A stretch of DNA of 63,278 nucleotides, the filler included, from Octopus bimaculoides (taxonomy: Eukaryota), in the NCBI RefSeq assembly GCF_001194135.2. It is 6 parts of 6 records of this genome, joined end to end, with 100 filler letters (N's around TTAATTAATTAA, not from the genome) between each part and the next. Parts side by side here need not be neighbours in the genome. Positions count along the whole stretch, not along the records: positions 49,272 to 61,865 come from NC_068986.1; positions 61,966 to 63,278 come from NC_068990.1; 4 more parts are not named here. One strand, 5' to 3'. Numbering within the stretch: the stretch's first letter is position 1; each line of letters begins with the position of its first letter. Positions 49,758 to 62,940 of the stretch are shown piece by piece. The notes beneath the pieces are model-generated. The model searched no databases and was not told the origin of the DNA. It saw only the letters and a list, made by a program, of their open reading frames with translations. The position numbers and the translations under genes were made by a program.

Positions 49758-49800
49758 TTGTGCTGATGATGCGTACCGAAACAGAAATATGAGTCCACAG
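49758..49800 (+). ncRNA. Candidate minimal type I hammerhead ribozyme
   Basis: TTGTG-CTGATGA-TGCGTACC-GAAAC-AGAAATATGA-GTC-CACAG. 5-bp stem I (one U.G), intact core, GUC triplet. Stem II is only 1 bp plus a mismatch. Confidence 0.5.
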
Positions 49801-49905
49801 CTGTCCACTTCTCTTCAGATAAACTGCGTTTCTTTATACAGACACACGCATAGACACATGCATACAATATGTATATACATGTACATACATAGATACATGC
49901 ATACA

Positions 49906-49966
<61 letters not shown>

Positions 49967-51149
49967 GCATTTAGATAGATAGATAGATAGATAGATAGCA
50001 CCTACCAATCGTATACAGACAAACGACCTGAGACGGAAGAATTTCTTAAAACATGTCATTATTTTACTCGTCCCTTATTTTCCCTTTGTCTCTTATACCT
50101 CTCTTCAACACAGTACCTATAGATCCCCGATCCTTACGGTTCCAATAGTGTGAGCCCCAAGCCTCCAGCCACTCTCCAATTCTTTAGTCTCCAACTAGAA
50201 GCATCTGGTTAGCCAAATTTTCCCCCTCCCTCCTAAGCCTGGTTTATTCACCGTTATAAAGCTCAAAAACTCAACAGGTTTCTCACCCAACCAGTAATTT
50301 GATTAGGCCCAGTCGATCGAAAAGGATTATGCACATGTCAAATGGCTACGTTAGCTGGACATCATGAAATGCATGTCGTCACCGTCACTTATCATCACTC
50401 TACCGACAATGTATACCCAAGTGCAAAAGGTTGATATTTTACAGATGGATTGCTTTGATTTCTGTTTTCACATTGATCAGTTTGTATTCTGCACCCAGAA
50501 ATTGTGCAGTTCGCTGATAATGTATACATAAGCGCAACAGAGTGATAATCTATAATTGGGTTACTTTTATTACTGTATTGCTTTTTTGGAATTAGTAGCC
50601 CAATCTGAGATTGTAGATTCTGAAAGTTTTGCATTCTCATCTCTGAAGATTGAGATCTCATTCTTGTTCATTTTGATTTGCAATCAGGAACTGTATTTGG
50701 TATCTGGGTTTATGTAAGACAACCTTCGTGCTTTAGATTTGATACATGCCACTTGATATTATCAGTGGCATGAAATTGTATTGCATTGTAACGAAGTGTT
50801 TTGAGTTGTATTTGTTGTATTTCGTACCGTATTCAATTCACGAGCTCTTAGGTTCTGCACCTGGTGGCATTTTATTCATGGTAGCACTATTGTCCCTAGT
50901 TTCCGACCGCTCACTAAGAAAGCTGGTGTATGTTACTCTGTGATAGCGATAGATCATGTGTACTGTGGCGCACCGAAGTGAACAGTTAACAGCAATAATT
51001 GTACATTCTTATATGTATAGCATGCTTTTCGCATTACATTTTGATATTTGTTTTCTAGTCTTTTGATATTTAACTTTTGAATTTGTTTATGTTAAGTTTC
51101 TATCATTTAAGCCAGACGGAATAGTTCAGTAAAATATGAGACTAATGTC

Positions 51150-51430
51150 GACTTCATAAAATACATTATAATCTTTCTCCTACGATTAACATCTTGACCC
51201 TCACAAGCAAAATGGGTCTCAGATAAGACAGCAATATTCACCCTGTAGAAAGTAAAGCAGTTTTTCTTTCAGCAGATAACTCATTATCTTTCAAGGTCCT
51301 CACCTTCTAACAGCTAATCTGAAAACAGGATGCATGCTTTTAACAGTCGCTTGATGATAACCGTAGATCAGCTGTCTTTCCTGCAAGTCAAAACCTACAA
51401 ACTCTTGCCTTGTAAGACCTTTTTGCCATC
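51150..51430 (-). mobile_element. RTE LINE APE N-terminal remnant
   Basis: AERKTALL..YRVNIAVLSETHFACEGQ, with frameshifts. Confidence 0.55.
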
Positions 51431-52018
51431 TACACTACTATACTTATATATGTTTTCTTTGTCGTTTTCGAGATAACACCAACCTAGTGTTTATACAAAA
51501 TGTATCAACCTCAAAGTAAATTAATGATTATACAAAATATCTGTGAATAGATTTCCCCCAAAGAAGTCAAATGATTTTTAAAGCAATTTAGTAGACCATT
51601 TATATAAATAAGCAATACTTATACATGGATAAGATCTACGACATCCATAATAAAAGGAAATTATAGCTTGCTCAACACTACAATGCCATATATAAAAATT
51701 ACCAAAGATAATTGAGTATAAATAAAAATTACTGTTCATCTAATATCATATCGGTTTAACCTATCAGGTTATTCTCTGGAAAAAAACTCACTACATCATG
51801 CTTTCAAAGTATGCCTTTTGTCTGTTTTGTTTTATGACTGTAAAACATATTAAACAACTAGTGCATTTCCAGTAAATATTATCAACAAATTTTGCATGTA
51901 CTTGAAGAGAATATGGGAAGGTAACTGAGGTCAAAAGTCATCTTGGCTTTTGATTAGATTTCCATCACACACACACACATGTATATGTGTGTATGTGTGT
52001 GCATGTGTACATGTCTGT

Positions 52019-52092
<74 letters not shown>

Positions 52093-52127
52093 GTCCTCCT
52101 GGGGCTAAAAGCAACAGTAACATCCAC

Positions 52128-52160
<33 letters not shown>

Positions 52161-52299
52161 AAAGATGTCCCTTTTCATTTGACCACATTAATGACTTCTC
52201 ATCCTACGTCTTTCATACTATTTCTCTCGTCTCCTATCTTCTCTTTAGAACCTTCAGTTACTTCTCCAATGTGTACATTAAACCTCCCAAGCCTTCATA

Positions 52300-54150
52300 G
52301 ATTTGAGAATTCTTACAATTGTCATAAAGCACTTTGGAATATATAATGTTCTTCGTTTTACTGTGATAAAAAATAAAAGAGATTATGGAGACTTGCAATT
52401 CTTGAGGCTCCACATATGCAGTCCACCTTCGAATTTATTGATTGATATGGTAAAGCATTATTGTTCTGGAAACAAGAATATTCTAAATCAAAAGGCACAT
52501 ATATTGTTATTAGAGGAATTCTGGGTAGCATTTTATCCTCGATATTTGGTACACCTTGTGAGATTTGTTGTTTTAGTTCTTTTTTTTTTTAATTAACCAT
52601 TTGTCCAGCGGCAGTTATGCCGCTGATCTAAATTCCGCAGTAGCATTATTGGGGATGATTCTTAGCTGAAGTCTGTCTGGTATTAAATCTGAAGATTCCA
52701 ATGAATTTTATAATTCTACATGAGAGGGAGCTATTTCTTCTTGACCCACATCAGTGTACATTATAATTTGTAGATATGACTATTTCCTGGAAGTGCCTGA
52801 AACAACTGTCAGTTGACGTTGTTTTACCCAAAGTGGTGCGTTACTTTATGAAGTTGGCGAAGAATAACTTCGATATTAATTCATCTGCTATTGAATATAT
52901 AGAAACTTGGGGAATTACTATTGTTGAAGTAAATTTTCTTTCACCAACATTTAACAAATTTTTACAGAGGTTACCAGACGGCTCATTTCCAGAAAAGTTG
53001 ACTCTCATATTGTAAACAGTTTCATGATTTTTAACTTTGGACTAAAGTGATGGTGAATTAAGGCAAGCATGAAATTCATCGGTTTGTTTTCCTTTTGGTT
53101 TCACTAGCAGGCTGATGCGACACCACTACTATTCCTTCCATTTGAGACCTATTTTCATGCAGGTCCTGCAGTAAACTGCCTAGTATCTCGAGAGCTCTCT
53201 TTATTGCTGTTATACATTCATCCTAAACAATTATTCAGAATATCTTATGAACTCGTCAGGTTACAGAATTCTTGGCAATGTTGCAAAAAAGTACATATTT
53301 TTTCTGTCCAAGTCTAAGAAGAGCACGAAAGCAGAATGTGGTGTATGGCTCCTCAGAAAGAGTGTGGCAGAAATACTTGAAGAATTAGCTGTAATTGCCA
53401 TGCTTTATGTTGACAGACTTTGGCAAGCAATAGACTGATGAAGGATGTCTTTCCAGTTCCACTATGACACCCAATTCCACCAAAAAAGTAAATTCCAGCT
53501 TCTTGATACTGGATCCTCTAGAAGTAACAAAAGAGATAGCTTCCTTTGTCTGTGGGTTAGGGTTCATTTTTAACGATATACATTGTGCCAACATTTTATA
53601 AGACCTTTTCCAAATATTTTTATTGTTGATTTCAATGTACTTAATATGAGAGAAGCCGTATTTTTTGAAGTTCTTGGTCATGTGTATCATTGTCGATGAG
53701 AGTGTTTTCATCAGTCAATATTTTCATGCAGGGACACAACTATTGACTCTGACACTTGAAATCTCCGACATGATTAACTCAATACTAGACATATATCATC
53801 AACAGATGATATATTTGCATGCGAATTTAATGGGCTTTATTTAATTATAGAAATCAAAGTATATTTAAGCATTAAAGGACTTGATCGAGAGTGGGCAGTG
53901 GAGAACTCTCCATTTGTTGTTAATTTCTACTGTCCAAGCAAGGTTTGGAAATCTCCAGTTACTAGTTCTCATCTTTTGTAACTGAGATAGCCATTTTCAC
54001 TGATTTTAAGTTTCTTCATAGATCTTGGAAATTAATCTTGAAAACTGTTTGGTGTGTTTATTGTTATTCAGGCTAAGTGACTTTCTGTTGAGAGCCCCAC
54101 AAGGTCTTAGCAAAACTGAAAAGTTCATTCTCTCTACCAGCACCTAGAAG
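52300..54150 (-). mobile_element. Heavily decayed non-LTR retrotransposon with RT and probable restriction-like endonuclease (R2/NeSL-like)
   Basis: ..CPLS..FNA.. then VDDICLV (RT). Downstream ..CFRHFQE.., ..LIPD.. and ..TIYVPFD.. resemble a degenerate zinc knuckle and PD..D RLE motifs. Many stops. Confidence 0.45.
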
Positions 54151-54733
54151 GTCTACGAATATGATTGTAAATACAATCAAAATGTATGCATGCGGAAAGT
54201 CCACACTATTAGTGGCATTAGTGACGGAAACATTACTTGCAATCAATTTCTATGATCGTAATTTGAACTCGCACCTGCTAAACTTGTCTACGCGCTAAAA
54301 TTAATTAAAACCAGCTGTTTTGACAAATCAATTTCCCGCAAAAACTGTTACTTTGTTACTAATATCTGATGGAGAAAGTAAGAAAAAACTAAAAATAGAA
54401 AGGGAAACGGTTACAATGTGAGAAACAAAACAAAAGAGTAAGAAAACATTAAATTGAATTATTTATGTGTGTGTGTATGTGTGTGTGTGGTGTGCACGTG
54501 CGTATACACGTATATGTACGCTCGCGCGCAAATAATGTCTGTGGGCGTGCGTGCGTGTGCGTGCGTGTGCGTCTGTTCAGTCGATTTCTAGCATGATCAC
54601 CTTCCGTTCCTTGTCAGTCACTCTTACGCTTCATGAATACTAAGTGACCCGTCAAGCTCTCCAAGGAGTGGCATGTCGGAGGCTCTGTAGGAGGAAAAGT
54701 CGCGTGAGATGACAGATAATCAAACAGCACGCA

Positions 54734-54770
<37 letters not shown>

Positions 54771-56499
54771 TATGCGCACATATGTATATGTGTGTGCGAC
54801 TATATATNNNNNNNNNNNNNNNNNNNNNNNNNNNNNNNNNNNNNNNNNNNNNNNNNNNNNNNNNNNNNNNNNNNNNNNNNNNNNNNNNNNNNNNNNNNNN
54901 NNNNNNNNNNNNNNNNNNNNNNNNNNNNNNNNNNNNNNNNNNNNNNNNNNNNNNNNNNNNNNNNNNNNNNNNNNNNNNNNNNNNNNNNNNNNNNNNNNNN
55001 NNNNNNNNNNNNNNNNNNNNNNNNNNNNNNNNNNNNNNNNNNNNNNNNNNNNNNNNNNNNNNNNNNNNNNNNNNNNNNNNNNNNNNNNNNNNNNNNNNNN
55101 NNNNNNNNNNNNNNNNNNNNNNNNNNNNNNNNNNNNNNNNNNNNNNNNNNNNNNNNNNNNTATATATATATATATATGCGAGTATAGATACATGTCTATA
55201 TCTATGTGCTTATGCTTGGAGGTATTTATACTGACAAAGTTGTTCATGCATCTATGAGTTTGAATTCTTTATCGTCTTTTATTACCTTTTTTGACATATT
55301 TCTTTTACGCATACGTTTATGTGTATGTGTTCATTATGATTGGGCATGTGTAATGTATATGTGTGTACGTACGGACGTACAAATGTATGTATGTATATAT
55401 ACATGCGCATATTTGTTACGAAAGTGTGTGTATGGGCTTGTATGTATGTGTTCAAACCAGGTTACATAAATGTCTCTTCTTTTCTCTCGTCCACTTATCT
55501 CAGGATCAGTGAATCGTACTAAAGGCGTTCAGATATTTGACCATCTAACCAACCTTATACCATTATGATCACAACAATCTACGTGTCTTCACTTCGTTTA
55601 CTAATACTAATCCAGTATTTTTTGTATTCTTTCTTTGCTTTCTTTCCTTCCCTTGCATGTCTCCTTCTATTTCTCCCATTTTCTCTATATCTTTGTATCA
55701 TTGACCACTTTAATTTATTTCTCTTAACTCATGTAAAATTTAAATTATGCGAATTATCTTATGCTTGAAATATTTTCATTATATTTGTATATCTCTAAGT
55801 TCCACAAGTGCTGCATTCAAGTTACGACAATTGCTGTTTTGATGTCACATTTCGAGGTAGAAACATAGTCCACAGTCGTTATCTTGTTTCCATACAATCA
55901 AACTGCCTTTTCCTTAATGGCGTGTCCACTCTGAGTGATTCTTCATTCCTTAGATTGCCTCCCTTTCTTCTCTGGATCTGGTCTCGATTGTCACTCAGAA
56001 CTTGTTCGTTTATTTCTCAGAGGTAATATAACTTCAATAAATTAAGAATTTGTATTGTGGGGTATTTCATGTGTGTGTGTGCGTGTGTGTGAAATGCATA
56101 TACATGTACATATATGTACATATGTATATATNNNNNNNNNNNNNNNNNNNNNNNNNNNNNNNNNNNNNNNNNNNNNNNNNNNNNNNNNNNNNNNNNNNNN
56201 NNNNNNNNNNNNNNNNNNNNNNNNNNNNNNNNNNNNNNNNNNNNNNNNNNNNNNNNNNNNNNNNNNNNNNNNNNNNNNNNNNNNNNNNNNNNNNNNNNNN
56301 NNNNNNNNNNNNNNNNNNNNNNNNNNNNNNNNNNNNNNNNNNNNNNNNNNNNNNNNNNNNNNNNNNNNNNNNNNNNNNNNNNNNNNNNNNNNNNNNNNNN
56401 NNNNNNNNNNNNNNNNGACTATATGTCAGTATTTAAATTACATGACTATATGTCAGTATTTATACACTAAGATAGAAAACTGCGAAGAGAATTCGTGTA

Positions 56500-56905
56500 T
56501 TATAATCCAAATTTCCTTTCACTAGTCTCTATAATTTGAAAGTTCTTGTCAAAAAGGTGGTTGGCACTCCGTCGGTTACGACGACGAGGGTTCCAGTTGA
56601 TCCGATCAACGGAACAGCCTGCTCGTGAAATTAACGTGCAAGTGGCTGAGCACTCCACAGACATGTGTACCCTTAACGTAGTTCTCGGGGAGGTACAACA
56701 GAAATAAGAAGAAAGAGTGAGAAAGAGTGAGAGAAAGTTGTGGTGAAAGAGTACAGCAGGGTTCTCCACCATCCCGTGCCGGAGCCTTGTGGAACTTTAG
56801 GTGTTTTCGTTCAATAAACACTCACAACGCCCGGTCTGAGAATCGAAACCACGATCCTACGACCGCGAGTCCGCTGCTCTAACTACTGGGCCATTGCGAC
56901 TCCAC
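56500..56905 (-). mobile_element. tRNA-derived SINE family D
   Basis: On minus: GTGGAGTCGCAATGGCCCAGTAGTTAGAGCAGCGGACTCGCGGTCGTAGGATCGTGGTTTCGATTCTCAG (A and B boxes), followed by a long non-tRNA body. Confidence 0.75.
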
Positions 56906-58623
56906 TGTCACAAAGTACCTATATGAAAAAAATATATTACGAGACAGAAGTGTTTATTCATAAATTATTTAATTTAGTCAAGTCATTTATATAGTTTTTG
57001 AACAAACACTCCAGGTTTGTTATATGTGTGTGTGTGTGTGTTTGTCAGTCTGTCTGTCTTTCTATATATGTGTGTGCGTATAATGTGTGTGTATATGGGA
57101 GATTCATTACATAAATAATAATAACACACGCACAGGTTCAATTCCACTTCTTTATTGTTAGCCAATTGGTTAAATATCCAATCAACCAACCAACTAATCG
57201 ATCGTTTGTTTAATGTGCTGGTTAAATAATCAATCGGTTGTTTGTTAGTGAAAGCTCTTTCGACGCTGTTCGCGACCTTTTCAGTGACTTGATGACTTCT
57301 TCTCTCGCTCCAAGGTCTGCTCTGTGTCTGTCTGAGAATCGGTCTTATGTCTGTGTGTATGCATGCTTGAATGTGCGTGTGTGTGTAGACGTGTGTTTGC
57401 TTAGAGGAGGCAGTAAGGGTGTGACAAAGTGAAGGGTTTTCATGTGTGTGCATATGCGTGTACGGTACCTGTGTGTGGTTGTGTGTATGTGGTTGTGTGT
57501 ACGCCCATATGACTGTTTGTATGCAAGTTTGTGTGTTTGTGGGGGAGTGCACTAGCCATCCGTGACCTCTTAAAGGGTTCAGCATTTTGTCTATTTTAAT
57601 ACCTTTGTCAGTCTCATATTTGCTGAAGATTTATGGGTTTAGGGTGTAGTTCTTTATATGAGAAGGGGAAGGCGAAGGAATAACAGAGTAGATTTGACTA
57701 TTAGCATCTGTGTGCGCGCGTGTGCATGACCACCTACGTGTGAGTGTGTGTGTGACAGGGAGAGTATGTATGTGTAGGCGCACGTATGAGTGGTCAAGTA
57801 TGCTTGTTCGTGTGGTTGAGTCAATTCTGTGAGCGAGCATGTATGTTCGTATGTGCATGTNNNNNNNNNNNNNNNNNNNNNNNNNNNNNNNNNNNNNNNN
57901 NNNNNNNNNNNNNNNNNNNNNNNNNNNNNNNNNNNNNNNNNNNNNNNNNNNNNNNNNNNNNNNNNNNNNNNNNNNNNNNNNNNNNNNNNNNNNNNNNNNN
58001 NNNNNNNNNNNNNNNNNNNNNNNNNNNNNNNNNNNNNNNNNNNNNNNNNNNNNNNNNNNNNNNNNNNNNNNNNNNNNNNNNNNNNNNNNNNNNNNNNNNN
58101 NNNNNNNNNNNNNNNNNNNNNNNTCGTGTGGTTGAGTCAATTCTGTGAGCGAGCATGTATGTTCGTATGTGCATGTGTGTGTGTGTTCCTACTTACGTGT
58201 TTGTGTGCATGCTTGTGTGCACGTGTGCCTGTGCATGTGTGTCTGTGTGTATGCGCTTGTGCCTATGCATGTTTGTGTATGTCTGTACGTGTGTATGCAC
58301 TGTGTGTTGATGCATGTGTGGTTGTGCGTATATGTGTATTTATGTGTGCGCGTGTGCGCATGTCTGTCCGTGCGTACGTTTGGAATTTGTATGGATGTGT
58401 ATGGGAATTGTACACATTTACATGTATTTATTTGTATGGGCTTACCTGCATTCTTCGTTCATTCTAACTCTGCCCTTTATATACCTGCCTATACCATCTC
58501 ATACATGTCCACCTACCCTCTTACCTGCATACCTACCTAGCTACCTACCTACCTACCTACCTACCTACCTACCTATCTACCCACCTACCTTCATACAAAA
58601 ACGAAGTAAGATATGTATATATG

Positions 58624-58655
<32 letters not shown>

Positions 58656-58678
58656 AGTGAGTGTGAGTGTGTGGGTGT

Positions 58679-58753
<75 letters not shown>

Positions 58754-59603
58754 CATTGTCCTGCTTGCACTAGCCTGGTAATACAATTCTTTTCAGGGCT
58801 GACACCGTCTGAGCCACACCACTTTGAGACAACCATTTCTGCTTTCCGCTTACTGACCCCTGTGATGTATATTCTTTGCATGTATCTATATAGATGTGTA
58901 TGTGAGTATGAATATCAATTTGTCTTTCCTCAAAGTTTCATGTCTTCGGGCTTTTGGTGCAATCATCAGACGAGAATGTGTCATCAGAACATTCTCCTTA
59001 AACTACATTTTGTGCTTTTGACGATAGCATTAATCCAGTTTACGTAGGCAAATACTGATGCATATCCCGCATATTAATTACATGTATATATGTGTGTGCA
59101 TATATACATATGTATAAATATATATACATATGTATGTATATATATATATNNNNNNNNNNNNNNNNNNNNNNNNNNNNNNNNNNNNNNNNNNNNNNNNNNN
59201 NNNNNNNNNNNNNNNNNNNNNNNNNNNNNNNNNNNNNNNNNNNNNNNNNNNNNNNNNNNNNNNNNNNNNNNNNNNNNNNNNNNNNNNNNNNNNNNNNNNN
59301 NNNNNNNNNNNNNNNNNNNNNNNNNNNNNNNNNNNNNNNNNNNNNNNNNNNNNNNNNNNNNNNNNNNNNNNNNNNNNNNNNNNNNNNNNNNNNNNNNNNN
59401 NNNNNNNNNNNNNNNNNNNNNNNNNNNNNNNNNNNNNNNNNNNNNNNNNNNNNNNNNNNNNNNNNNNNNNNNNNNNNNNNNNNNNNNNNNNNNNNNNNNN
59501 NNNNNNNNNNNNNNNNNNNNNNNNNNNNNNNNNNNNNNNNNNNNNNNNNNNNNNNNNNNNNNNNNNNNNNNNNNNNNNNNNTATGTATGTATGTATGTAT
59601 GTA

Positions 59604-59639
<36 letters not shown>

Positions 59640-60119
59640 TGTATGTATGTATGTATGTCCATGTGAGGTTTGATTCGTTTGAATAATTGAGAAATTGCAG
59701 AATCTACCGAAATACCAATGAAGGTATAAATAAATAGCTCGTATATATCTTTTGAAATAGCTCTCTATTTTTTGAAATGGTATGTCGTGATAATACCGTG
59801 TCATTTCATTTGTCGATATATTGAAAGGTGAACTTGTGCTTGAATGCTATGAATGTTATTGAAAGTGCTCTAACAGATTACTCTACATGAATCAAAGAAA
59901 TTCTGGCACCTAGGACTGACACCATTGCTTCGTAGCTTAACAATTCAGCTCTTCACTTTGGTATTTGCAGTTTTCTACATTGGCAACTATAACTTTTAAT
60001 TTCTGTTGACAGAATACTAAACGTACACATTTACACATATTTATTTATACAGTTACAAGTATGTGTGTGTGCATGTGCATGTATGTGCATGTGTGTGTGT
60101 ATGTGTGGGCATACATTTC

Positions 60120-60290
60120 TTTTATCTTTCACTTGCTTAAGTCATTGGACTGCAGTCGTGCTGGGATACCACCTTGAAGGATTTAGTCAATCGAACAAAT
60201 GTATTTTTGAAGCCTGTTCTATCAGCCTCTTTTGCAAAATCGCTAACATAAATAAATCAAAACCGGCTATCAAGCGGTGGTGAGAAATGA
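60120..60290 (-). mobile_element. SINE family A tail, diverged
   Basis: AGTCATTGGACTGCAGTCGTGCTGG..ACCACC..TCAAGCGGTGGTG, next to a gap. Confidence 0.6.
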
Positions 60291-61830
60291 ACACCTGAAC
60301 AGAGACGCACATAGGTATANNNNNNNNNNNNNNNNNNNNNNNNNNNNNNNNNNNNNNNNNNNNNNNNNNNNNNNNNNNNNNNNNNNNNNNNNNNNNNNNN
60401 NNNNNNNNNNNNNNNNNNNNNNNNNNNNNNNNNNNNNNNNNNNNNNNNNNNNNNNNNNNNNNNNNNNNNNNNNNNNNNNNNNNNNNNNNNNNNNNNNNNN
60501 NNNNNNNNNNNNNNNNNNNNNNNNNNNNNNNNNNNNNNNNNNNNNNNNNNNNNNNNNNNNNNNNNNNNNNNNNNNNNNNNNNNNNNNNNNNNNNNNNNNN
60601 NNNNNNNNNNNNNNNNNNNNNNNNNNNNNNNNNNNNNNNNNNNNNNNNNNNNNNNNNNNNNNNNNNNNNNNNNNNNNNNNNNNNNNNNNNNNNNNNNNNN
60701 NNNNNNNNNNNNNNNNNNNNNNNNNNNNNNNNNNNNNNNNNNNNNNNNNNNNNNNNNNNNNNNNNNNNNNNNNNNNNNNNNNNNNNNNNNNNNNNNNNNN
60801 NNNNNNNNNNNNNNNNNNNNNNNNNNNNNNNNNNNNNNNNNNNNNNNNNNNNNNNNNNNNNNNNNNNNNNNNNNNNNNNNNNNNNNNNNNNNNNNNNNNN
60901 NNNNNNNNNNNNNNNNNNNNNNNNNNNNNNNNNNNNNNNNNNNNNNNNNNNNNNNNNNNNNNNNNNNNNNNNNNNNNNNNNNNNNNNNNNNNNNNNNNNN
61001 NNNNNNNNNNNNNNNNNNNNNNNNNNNNNNNNNNNNNNNNNNNNNNNNNNNNNNNNNNNNNNNNNNNNNNNNNNNNNNNNNNNNNNNNNNNNNNNNNNNN
61101 NNNNNNNNNNNNNNNNNNNNNNNNNNNNNNNNNNNNNNNNNNNNNNNNNNNNNNNNNNNNNNNNNNNNNNNNNNNNNNNNNNNNNNNNNNNGCGCGTGTG
61201 TGTGTGCGTGCGTGTGTGTGTGCGTGTGTGTGTGTGTTGGGATAAATGGATTTCAAGATGATCTGAAAGGGCTTGGGAGAAATTGCCTTTCTCTTACTTC
61301 GCTGTGTATGTGTGTGTTTTGTTTTCACACACACTCACACACACACATACACACACACATTTATGCATATGTATATGTGAGTGTACACGAGCTCGTGTGT
61401 ATAAACACACAAACACATATATATAGTCCAAACGTTTCAAAAATAGAACAAAGTAACAAAAATATAGTGAGCATCCATACGTAAGACATTATTAGTTTTA
61501 CGTGGTAAGGAAAAAACAAGACAGTTTGATCCTCGAAGAACAAGAGAGAAAGAGAAAATTTAAAGGAGATGAGGAAAAGAACGTACTTTGATTATTGTTT
61601 CATATAGAGAAAAGGTGGAAGAGATGGAGATTAAGAAACAGTGTCTTCTGTCAAGAGAGTAGGACAGGGGAAGTAAGTGAGATGTAGTATAATGGATATA
61701 ATAGTACTGTCTATTGTTTGTGCGTATGTGTGAAAGTTGGGTGTGGATATACAGTACGTATGAGAGTAAGAAAGTTATGCGTCGAATATGGGGGGGGGGT
61801 ATGTCGATATGTATACATATGAGTGTGTGC

Positions 61831-61865
<35 letters not shown>

Positions 61866-61966
61866 NNNNNNNNNNNNNNNNNNNNNNNNNNNNNNNNNNN
61901 NNNNNNNNNTTAATTAATTAANNNNNNNNNNNNNNNNNNNNNNNNNNNNNNNNNNNNNNNNNNNNA

Positions 61967-62250
61967 ATACTTCACCGAGAGGAGATATAAGCTTCTGCTT
62001 ATTCCTGTCTGAAGTATCGTCTGATACTTCAGACTTATCGTCCGATGAATTTACTTTGTTGACATTCTTCATCGACATAATTTTTATACCTTTCAACCTT
62101 TCAGTCAAGTCCGCCTTTCTTCCAGTAACATACTGTCCATATAATCTTAAATATTTCTTTAACTCAGGCACAGTAAGTACTTCGATAGCTGAATCATCGA
62201 GCTGCTTTATATCCATGATAAGATGTAAAACAATAACAATAGCGTGGATA
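61967..62250 (-). CDS. SAP-domain-containing ORF fragment, probably transposon-derived; runs into a scaffold spacer
   Basis: IEVLTVPELKKYLRLYGQYVTGRKADLTERLKGI fits the SAP pattern LTVxELKxxLxxxGxxxxGxKAxLxxRL. Followed by an acidic/Ser linker. Confidence 0.6.
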
Positions 62251-62724
62251 GTCTGCGGAAGTTTAATTGTCCATATGGAGTGCCGCCTAGCCAAGGGAGA
62301 TAACCTACTTATAGGAAAGCCCTATAGTAGAAAGGATATGTGCATCTCTGATCATGAGCAGAGGAAGTTGGGGAGCATTATAGCCATGTGTTGAGAGGAA
62401 TCCTTTGGGGTTTGAATAATTCACCTCTGGAAACATGGTGTTTCGTTTAACATCCTTAAACAACCCTTATTCAAGGACCTTTTGAGCAGGATGAGATACT
62501 CGACCTGATGAAAATTCTAACAGGGCCCCCACCTGCAAGGTCATGTGCTGTCCATCTTGATATGAGATCACCATATAGCGCATATATGGTTGCGATGCAT
62601 GTCACTGGTGTACCCTTATCGGACGGGTAGTCATGATGGGTACACTGGGCTTCGTTTAACCCCACTGTCACTTTGATGGCAAGCACTTCTCTCTCACTCA
62701 ATAATAATAATAATGATAATAAAA

Positions 62725-62940
62725 ATCCTTTCTACTAAAGGCACAAGGCCTGAATTTGGGTGGGAGGCAGTAGGCGGATAGTCAATTACATCGACACTAG
62801 TACTCAATTGGTATTTATTTTATCGACTCTGAAAGGATGAAAAGTAAAGTCGACCTCGGCGGAATTTGAACTCAGAATGTAAAAATGGACGAAATGCCGT
62901 TAAGCATCTTACCCAGCGTACTAACGATTCTGGCAGCTCA
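62725..62940 (-). mobile_element. SINE family B
   Basis: AGGCACAAGGCCTG..GAAAGGATGAAA.GTAAAGTCGACCTCGGCGGAATTTGAACTC..CGATTCTG. (AAT)n tail at 62700. Confidence 0.85.

Noticed and set aside
50400-50720. Possible PLE N-terminal remnant on minus
   Set aside because: Only vague similarity across frameshifts.
56820-56905. tRNA-like sequence (also the heads of SINE families A, B and E)
   Set aside because: A and B boxes are present, but there is no full cloverleaf and each runs into a SINE body. These are not tRNA genes.
57806-58172. Identical ~50-nt sequence before and after a gap
   Set aside because: Likely an assembly overlap or collapsed low-complexity tandem. It cannot be interpreted.
633-61334. 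Long ORFs in the supplied track that span N runs or consist of YI/CV/HT/MMM repeats
   Set aside because: Artefacts of gaps and microsatellites, with no codon-level support.
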